Origin: Pecten maximus
Taxonomy: Eukaryota
Assembly (NCBI RefSeq): GCF_902652985.1
Contig: NC_047028.1
Coordinates: forward strand, 15,004,001 to 15,068,000
Length of the DNA stretch: 64,000 nucleotides
Reading direction: 5' to 3'
Positions 50,001-64,000 of the stretch are shown one piece after another. The notes below the pieces were generated by a model. It had not been told where the DNA came from, searched no databases, and saw only the letters and a program-made list of their open reading frames with translations. The number at the start of each line of letters is the position of its first letter. Positions within the stretch are counted from its first letter, which is position 1. The position numbers were made by a program, and so were the translations under genes.

Positions 50001-53000
50001 CCATAAGATGGGTTTGAGGAACTGTGTCATCCCTCCTCATACAATGGGTTTGATGAACTGTGTCACCCCTCCCCATACAATGGGTTTGATGAACTGTGTC
50101 ACCCCTCCCCATATAATGGGTTTGATGAACTGTGTCACCCCTCCCCATACAATGGGTTTGATGAACTGTGTCACCCCTCCCCATACAATGGGTTTGAGGA
50201 ACTGTGTCACCCCTCCCCATACAATGGGTTTGAGGAGCTCTGTCACCCTCCCCATAAGATGGGTTTGAGGAACTGTGTCACCCCTCCCCATACAATGGGT
50301 TTAATACTGTGTCATCCCTCCCCATACAATGGGTTTGAGGAGCTCTGTCACCCTCCCCATACAATGGGTTTGATGAACTGTGTCACCCCTCCCCATACAA
50401 TGGGTTTGAGGAACTGTGTCACCCCTCCCCATACAATGGGTTTGAGGAACTGTCACCCTCCCCATAAGATGGGTTTGAGGAACTGTGTCATCCCTCCTCA
50501 TACAATGGGTTTGATGAACTGTGTCACCCCTCCCCATACAATGGGTTTGATGAACTGTGTCACCCCTCCCCATATAATGGGTTTGATGAACTGTGTCACC
50601 CCTCCCCATACAATGGGTTTGATGAACTGTGTCACCCCTCCCCATACAATGGGTTTGAGGAACTGTGTCACCCCTCCCCATACAATGGGTTTGAGGAGCT
50701 CTGTCACCCTCCCCATAAGATGGGTTTGAGGAACTGTGTCATCCCTCCTCATACAATGGGTTTGATGAACTGTGTCACCCCTCCCCATACAATGGCTTTG
50801 ATGAACTGTGTCACCCCTCCCCATATAATGGGTTTAATAATGTGTCACCCCTCCCCATACAATGGGTTTAATAATGTGTCACCCCTCCCCATATAATGGG
50901 TTTAATAATGTGTCACCCCTCCCGTTATGATGGGTTTGAGGAACTGTGTCACCCCTCCCCATACAATGGGTTTGAGGAACTCTGTCACCCCTCCCAATAC
51001 AATGGGTTTGAGGAACTGTGTCACCCCCGTCCATACAATGGGTTTGAGGAACTGTGTCACCCCTCCCCATACGGGTTTGAGGAACTATGTCATCCCTCCC
51101 CATACAATGAGTTTGAGGAACTGTGTCATCCCTCCCATACAATGGGTTTGAGGAACTGTGTCACCCCTCCCCATGTAATGGGTTTGATGAACTGTGCCAC
51201 CCCTCCCAATACGATGGGTTTAATACTGTGTCACCCCTCCCCATACGATGGGTTTGAGGAACTGTGTCATCCCTCCCCATACGATGGGTTTGAGGAACTG
51301 TATCACCCCTCCCCATACGATGGGTTTGAGGAACTGTGTCATCCCTCCCCATACGATGGGTTTGATGAACTGTATCACCCCTCCTCATACAATGGGTTTA
51401 ATACTGTGTCACCCCTCCCCATACAATGGGTTTGATGAACTGTATCACCCCTCCTCATACAATGGGTTTAATACTGTGTCACCCCTCCCCATACGATGGG
51501 TTTGATGAACTGCATCACCCCTCCTCATACAATGGGTTTAATATTGTGTCACCCCTCCCCATACGATGGATTTAATACTGTGTCATCCCTCCCCATATAA
51601 TGGGTTTAATACTGTGTCATCCCTCCCCATACAATGGGTTTGATGAACTGTGTCATCCGTCCCCATACAATGGGTTTGATGAACTGTGTTATCCCTCCCC
51701 ATACAATGGGTTTGATGAACTGTATCATCCGTCCCCATACAATGGGTTTGATGAACTGTGTCACCCCTCCCCATACAATGGGTTTGATGAACTGTGTCAC
51801 CCCTCCCCATATAATGGGTTTGATGAACTGTGTCACCCCTCCCCATACAATGGGTTTGATGAACTGTGTCACCCCTCCCCATACAATGGGTTTGAGGAAC
51901 TGTGTCACCCCTCCCCATACAATGGGTTTGAGGAGCTCTGTCACCCTCCCCATAAGATGGGTTTGAGGAACTGTGTCACCCCTCCCCATACAATGGGTTT
52001 AATACTGTGTCATCCCTCCCCATACAATGGGTTTGAGGAGCTCTGTCACCCTCCCCATACAATGGGTTTGATGAACTGTGTCACCCCTCCCCATACAATG
52101 GGTTTGAGGAACTGTGTCACCCCTCCCCATACAATGGGTTTGAGGAGCTCTGTCACCCTCCCCATAAGATGGGTTTGAGGAACTGTGTCATCCCTCCTCA
52201 TACAATGGGTTTGATGAACTGTGTCACCCCTCCCCATACAATGGGTTTGATGAACTGTGTCACCCCTCCCCATATAATGGGTTTGATGAACTGTGTCACC
52301 CCTCCCCATACAATGGGTTTGATGAACTGTGTCACCCCTCCCCATACAATGGGTTTGAGGAACTGTGTCACCCCTCCCCATACAATGGGTTTGAGGAGCT
52401 CTGTCACCCTCCCCATAAGATGGGTTTGAGGAACTGTGTCATCCCTCCTCATACAATGGGTTTGATGAACTGTGTCACCCCTCCCCATACAATGGGTTTG
52501 ATGAACTGTGTCACCCCTCCCCATATAATGGGTTTAATAATGTGTCACCCCTCCCCATACAATGGGTTTAATAATGTGTCACCCCTCCCCATATAATGGG
52601 TTTAATAATGTGTCACCCCTCCCGTTATGATGGGTTTGAGGAACTGTGTCACCCCTCCCCATACAATGGGTTTGAGGAACTCTGTCACCCCTCCCAATAC
52701 AATGGGTTTGAGGAACTGTGTCACCCCCGTCCATACAATGGGTTTGAGGAACTGTGTCACCCCTCCCCATACGGGTTTGAGGAACTATGTCATCCCTCCC
52801 CATACAATGAGTTTGAGGAACTGTGTCATCCCTCCCATACAATGGGTTTGAGGAACTGTGTCACCCCTCCCCATGTAATGGGTTTGATGAACTGTGCCAC
52901 CCCTCCCAATACGATGGGTTTAATACTGTGTCACCCCTCCCCATACGATGGGTTTGAGGAACTGTGTCATCCCTCCCCATACGATGGGTTTGAGGAACTG

Positions 53001-54962
53001 TATCACCCCTCCCCATACGATGGGTTTGAGGAACTGTGTCATCCCTCCCCATACGATGGGTTTGATGAACTGTATCACCCCTCCTCATACAATGGGTTTA
53101 ATACTGTGTCACCCCTCCCCATACAATGGGTTTGATGAACTGTATCACCCCTCCTCATACAATGGGTTTAATACTGTGTCACCCCTCCCCATACGATGGG
53201 TTTGATGAACTGCATCACCCCTCCTCATACAATGGGTTTAATATTGTGTCACCCCTCCCCATACGATGGATTTAATACTGTGTCATCCCTCCCCATATAA
53301 TGGGTTTAATACTGTGTCATCCCTCCCCATACAATGGGTTTGATGAACTGTGTCATCCGTCCCCATACAATGGGTTTGATGAACTGTGTTATCCCTCCCC
53401 ATACAATGGGTTTGATGAACTGTATCATCCGTCCCCATACAATGGGTTTGATGAACTGTGTCACCCCTCCCCATACAATGGGTTTGATGAACTGTGTCAC
53501 CCCTCCCCATACAATGGGTTTAATACTGTGTCACCCCTCCCCATACGATGGGTTTGAGGAACTGTGTCACCCCTCCCCATACGATGGGTTTGAGGAACTG
53601 TGTCATCCCTCCCCATACGATGGGTTTGAGGAACTGTATCACCCCTAACCATACGATGGGTTTGAGGAACTGTGTCATCCCTCCCCATACGATGGGTTTG
53701 ATGAACTGTATCACCCCTCCTCATACAATGGGTTTAATACTGTGTCACCCCTCCCCATACGATGGGTTTGATGAACTGTATCACCCCTCCTCATACAATG
53801 GGTTTAATACTGTGTCACCCCTCCCCATACGATGGGTTTGATGAACTGTATCACCCCTCCTCATACAATGGGTTTAATACTGTGTCACCCCTCCCCATAC
53901 GATGGGTTTGATGAACTGTATCACCCCTCCTCATACAATGGGTTTAATACTGTGTCACCCCTCCCCATACAATGGATTTAATACTGTGTCATCCCTCCCC
54001 ATATAATGGGTTTAATACTGTGTCATCCGTCCCCATACAATGGGTTTGATGAACTGTGTCACCCCTCCCCATACAATGGGTTTGAGGAACTGTGTCACCC
54101 CTCCCCATACAATGGGTTTGAGGAGCTCTGTCACCCCTCCCCATACGATGGGTTTGATGAACTGTGTCACCCCTCCTCAAACAATGGGTTTAATACTGTG
54201 TCACCCCTCCCCATATAATGGGTTTAATACTGTGTCATCCGTCCCCATACAATGGGTTTGAGGAACTGTGTCACCCCTCCCCATACGATGGGTTTGAGGA
54301 ACTGTGTCACCCCTCCCCATACGATGGGTTTGAGGAACTGTGTCACCCCTCCCCATACAATGGGTTTGAGGAACTGTGTCACCCCTCCCCATACGATGGG
54401 TTTGAGGAACTGTGTCACCCCTCCCAATACAATGGGTTGGAGGAACTGTGTCACCCCTCCCCATACAATGGGTTTGAGGAACTGTGTCACCCCTCCCAAT
54501 ACAATGGGTTGGAGGAACTGTGTCACCCCTCCCCATACAATGGGTTTGAGGAACTGTGTCACCCCTCCCAATACAATGGGTTGGAGGAACTGTGTCACCC
54601 CTCCCCATACAATGGGTTTGAGGAACTGTGTCACCCCTCCCAATACAATGGGTTGGAGGAACTGTGTCACCCCTCCCCATACGATGGGTTTGAGGAACTG
54701 TGTCACCCCTCCCAATACGATGGGTTTGAGGAACTGTGTCACCCCTCCCCATACGATGGGTTTGAGGAACTGTGTCACCCCTCCCCATACGATGGGTTTG
54801 AGGAACTGTGTCACCCCTCCCAATACGATGGGTTTGAGGAACTGTGTCACCCCTCCCCATACGAGGGGTTTGAGGAACTGTGTCACCCCTCCCCATACGA
54901 GGGGTTTGAGGAACTGTGTCACCCCTCCCCATACAATGGGTTTGAGGAACTGTGTCACCCCT
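47010..54962. repeat. ~8-kb satellite, 34-36-bp unit CATACAATGGGTTTGAGGAACTGTGTCACCCCTCCC, with higher-order repeats
   Basis: Identical ORF-track translations at a 1700-bp offset (50896/52596, 51248/52948, 50879/52579) and ~460-bp blocks. Confidence 0.98.
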
Positions 54963-55638
54963 GCTTGGTGGAATGATCTGTTCGGGTATCGTGAAACAAA
55001 TTGTGAATTGATATCTCAATGTCTAACGTTTTATAAGTGGTCGTCTTTATTTCAACATTTTAAATGTCGCTTGTAAAATCCTATACAAAGATGCATGCAC
55101 AACTGAAGTGCAGCCCATTTAAGTGTCACCAAACAAGGTTTTCGCTAATGTTAACCTGTCAACATTGTCACATGAAGTTAGATACCTTCATATTTTTTGT
55201 TATTTTTACCTGATCAAAAACTTTGAAAATGGCCAAACTACTGTGATAATTTCTGGAAATGGTTGGCTTAAAGAAATAATGACCGTAGATTTGGCGTGAG
55301 CGTCACTGGATTGACCACGGGGCCATTGTTTACTATTCCTAGATGTGCGTGTGAGAGAGAGGGAGGTCCCTTGTTTGTTGAGGTGTCTACCTATTGACCG
55401 TTATGGACACCCTATCAATTCCTTCCAATAGCACGTCCCTGACAGATGGACTGAGTGAAGCGTCCTTGGTAACGGACAATCGATACATAAGTAACATACA
55501 TATCTATACTATCTACCCAAACATCTCTAGATAATTCACGATTTTACTCTCAAATTATTCTTACTTTTAATACATTCACTTTTGCTTTTTTCATTATTTT
55601 CCTCTTAGGTGACATATTGATATTATCGGGGGGTTATT

Positions 55639-55734
55639 GTAAACAAAATAGTTCCTCAAACCTGTTGTGTCCAATCACAACGAACTATCGTTGCGGAAGA
55701 ATAAACAACAATAATATCAACGAGGGTATAAATA
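55639..55734 (+). promoter_or_regulatory. Core promoter of tubulin 4: forkhead-like GTAAACA (55639), CCAAT (55671), GCGGAAG (55693), TATAAATA (55727)
   Basis: Conserved motif order upstream of the ATG at 55814. Confidence 0.7.
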
Positions 55735-55813
55735 GCGAACTCGCACTTGGACGGACACAGCCTGATAAGATTTTAAACGGATTTTAACGTAGCTCCGAAC
55801 ACAACAAGTCAAG

Positions 55814-59861
<4,048 letters not shown>

Positions 59862-60044
59862 ATAACATTAATTACAGCAAGAAATACCATCAGTGCAGAT
59901 TCGGTTTAAGAACAACATGCCAAATATATCAAACATTTTACCATTTTGACCGTTTATGCTTAGCAACTGTTTCAACGCTTAAGTCTAGAACGTTATATCA
60001 GAATATATCGAGTGCCAACATGTCTATATTTTGAGATCTACGCA

Positions 60045-60147
60045 ATTAAATTAAATCAAACCTAATTAAGAGTGTGTCTTCTTGTTGTACTAGTAAAGAG
60101 AGTCACAAGGGGCCACATAGATATACCCTACATCTCTCAACAATAAA
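60045..60147 (+). terminator. Candidate poly(A) signals of tubulin 4 (ATTAAA 60045; AATAAA 60142)
   Basis: Hexamers downstream of the stop; ATTAAA is followed by a GT-rich tract. Confidence 0.4.
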
Positions 60148-60574
60148 ATAAATATGTAAATGTGTTTATGAGATAGTACGGCTTTTGGCCTTTACCTTGA
60201 CCGATGACCATCAAAGCTACTAAGGCGTATACTTTCCTGCTGTGAAGTTATGGTGACTATTACAAACTAAATATATCCACGGGTTCATGAGATACAGTGG
60301 GCACAATATTTGTTTATTCGTAAGAGGGGAAGTGTAAACTTTGACCTTAAATCTTGTCAAATGACCACCAAAATCTTAGTTTGGAGTACCACTCGATGTC
60401 GTGATATTATGGCGTGACATACGTACGTACGTCATATTAAATGGCACCCTGGGTACCAAAAGGAATATGGAATGGCTGCATGGATATAAAATTATAACAG
60501 AAAATATTTAATGACAATTTAGATATAAGATGCAATTCTTAAATAATGACTGAATATCTAGATACATTGTATAC

Positions 60575-63500
60575 AAATACTGGATATAAACTGACACACT
60601 GGATATCAAATGACACACTGGATATCAAAAGACACATTGGATACAACATGACACACTGGATATTAAATGACACACTTGATATCAAATGACACACTGGATA
60701 TAAAATGACACACTGTATATCAAATGACACACTGGATATAAAATGACACACTTGATATCAAATGACACACTGGATATAAAATGACACACTGTATATCAAA
60801 TGACACACTGTATATCAATTGACACACTAGATATCAAATGACACACTGGATATCAAACGACACACTGTATATCAAATGACACACTTGATATCAAATGATA
60901 CATAAGACATTAAATTACACACTAGATATAAAATGACACACTTGATATGAAATGACAAAATGGATATGAACTGACACACTGGATATAACACGACACACTG
61001 GATATAAACTGACACACTGGATATAAAATCAAACATTGGATATAAAACGACAAACTGGATAAAAAATGACACACTGGACATAAAATGACACACTGGATAT
61101 AAAATGACACAATAGATATAAAATGACACACTATACATTAAATGACACACTTGATATAAAACGACAAACTGGATATAAAATGACACACTGGACATAAAAT
61201 GACACACTGGATATAAAATGACACAAGAGATATAAAATGACACACTAGACATTGAATGACACACCGGATATTAAATCAAACATTGGATATCAAATGACAC
61301 ACTGGAAATCAAATGACATTCTGAATATCAAATGACACACTTATATCAATTGACACACTAGATATCAAATGACACACTGGATACCAAACGACACACTGTA
61401 TATCAAATGACACACTGGATATCAAATCAAACACCGGATATCAAATAGCACTTGATATAAAAATGACACACTGGATATAAAATGACACACTTGAAATAAA
61501 ATGACACACTTGATATAAAAGGACACACTGGATATAAAATGACACACTTGATATAAAATGACACAATGCATGGATATAAAATGACACCTTGAATATTAAA
61601 TGACACACTAGATATCAAATGAAACACTGGATATAAAATGGCACATTCGATATAAAATGACACAGTGAATATAAAATGACACACTGAATATAAAATGTCA
61701 CACTGAATAGAAAATGACACACTGGATATAAAAGGACACACTTGATATAAAATGACACACTGGATATAAAACGACACACTTGATATAAACTGACACACTT
61801 GATATAAAATGACACAATGCATGGATATAAAATGACACACTGGATATAAAATGACACCTTGAATATTAAATGACACACTAGATATAAAATGACACATTCG
61901 ATATAAAATGACACACTGGATATCAAATGATACATTGGACATAAAATGACAAACTGGATATCAAATGACACACTGGATATAAAATGACACACTGGATAGC
62001 AAACGACACACTGCATATAAACTGACACACTTGATATAAACTGACACACTGGATATAAAATGACACAATTGATATAAAATGACACACTTGCTATAAAATG
62101 GCACACTTGATATTAAATGATACATTGGATATAAAATGACACACTGGATATAAAATAACACCGTAGATATAGAACGACACACTGGATATCAAATGACACA
62201 CTGAGTATCAAATAAAACACCGGATATAAAATGGCACACTTGATATCAAATGATACATTGGATATAAAATGACACACTGGATATAAAATGACACCTTGAA
62301 TATCAAATGACACACTAGATATAAAATGGCACACTGGATATAAACTGACACACTGGATATAAAATAACACCCTAGATATAGAACGACACACTGGATATCA
62401 AATGACACATTGGATATAAAATGACACATTGGATATAAAATGACACATTGGATATAAAATGACACATTGGATATCAAATGACACACTTGATATAAAATGG
62501 CACACTTGATATAAAATGACACACTGGATATCAAATGACACATTGGATATCAAATGACACATTGGATATAAAATGACACATTGGATATCAAATGACACAC
62601 TGGATATAAAATGACACAGTGAATATAAAATGACACACTGGATATCAAATGATACACTGGACATCAAATGACACATTGGACATAAAATGACAAACTGGAC
62701 ATTAAATGACACACTGGATATTAAATGACACATTGGATATAGAACGACACACTGGATATCAAATGACACACTGGATATAAAATGACACACTGTATATCAA
62801 TTGACACACTAGATATCAAATGACACACTGGATATCAAACGACACACTGTATATCAAATGACACACTTGATATCAAATGATACACAAGACATTAAATTAC
62901 ACACTAGATATAAAATGACACACTGGATATAAAATGACACACTGGATATAACACGACACACTTGATATAACACGACACACTGGATATAAACTGACACACT
63001 GGATATAACACGACACACTGGATATAACACGACACACTGGATATAACACGACACACTGGATATAAACTGACACACTGGATATCAAATCAAACATTGGATA
63101 TAAAACGACAAACTGGATATAAAATGACACACTGGACATAAAATGACACACTGGATATCAAATGACACAAGAGATATGAAATGACACACTAGACATTAAA
63201 TGACACACCGGATATTAAATCAAACATTGGATATCAAATGACACACTGGAAATCAAATGACATTCTGAATATCAAATGACACACTTATATCAATCGACAC
63301 ACTAGATATCAAATGACACAATGGATATCAAACGACACACTTGATATCAAATGATACACAAGACATTAAATTACACACTAGATATAACACGACACTGGAT
63401 ATAAAATGACACACTGGATATAACACGACACACTTGATATAAACTGACACACTTGATATGAAATGACAAACTGGATATGAACTGACACACTGGATATAAC

Positions 63501-64000
63501 ACGACACACTGGATATAACACGACACACTGGATATAACACGACACACTGGATATAAACTGACACACTGGATATCAAATCAAACATTGGATATAAAACGAC
63601 AAACTGGATATAAAATGACACACTGGACATAAAATGACACACTGGAAATATAAAATGACACAATAGATATAAAATGACACACTAGACATTAAATGACACA
63701 CCGGATATTAAATCAAACATTGGATATCAAATGACACACTGGAAATCAAATGGCATTCTGAATATCAAATGACACACTTGACATAAAATGACGCACCTGA
63801 TATTAAATGACAACCTGAATATAAAATGACACACTGAATAAAAAATGTCACATTGAATATCAAATGACACACTGGATATAAAATGGCACACAGGATATCA
63901 AATGACACACTTGATATAAAATGACACACTGGATATCAAATGAAACACTTGATAAAAACTGACACACTGGATATAAAACGACACACTTGATATAAACTGA
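60575..64000. repeat. Diverged 19-bp satellite AAATGACACACTGGATATM (~180 copies), running off the window end
   Basis: Tandem array; a diagnostic variant block recurs at ~61262, ~63206 and ~63699. Confidence 0.96.

Noticed and set aside
47074-55076. Dozens of ORFs (MGLRNCVTPPHT, ELCHPSPYNGFE repeats)
   Set aside because: Translations of a 36-bp satellite with frequent 34/35-bp frameshifting units.
60539-63663. Cys/hydrophobic-rich minus-strand ORFs
   Set aside because: Translations of the 19-bp satellite.

Overview
Eukaryotic (animal) genomic DNA, AT-rich. It is most likely a bivalve or other mollusc, inferred from the repeat types and not verified. The window holds four intact beta-tubulin paralogues arranged > > < >. 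Each has 4 exons with identical intron positions (after codon 19, within codon 56, after codon 174) and encodes 445, 445, 450 and 445 aa. Exons are nearly identical even at synonymous sites, while introns are unrelated. Informative sites group the genes differently in exon 3 (1+3 vs 2+4) and exon 4 (1+2 vs 3+4), which points to gene conversion. All four promoters retain a CCAAT - GCGGAWG - TATA module. About 25 kb (~40%) of the window consists of at least 15 unrelated minisatellite families (units 19-61 bp), some with higher-order repeats. There is also a truncated LINE, a V-domain SINE remnant, palindromic MITE-like elements and a dispersed repeat caught seeding a satellite. The most intriguing observation is speculative: several satellites in and between the divergent genes 3 and 4 carry forkhead-like (GTAAACA), RFX X-box-like and CCAAT/CRE motifs in nearly every unit, and could act as repeat-amplified ciliary enhancers. 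Most ORF-track calls outside the tubulin exons and the LINE are repeat or antisense artefacts.
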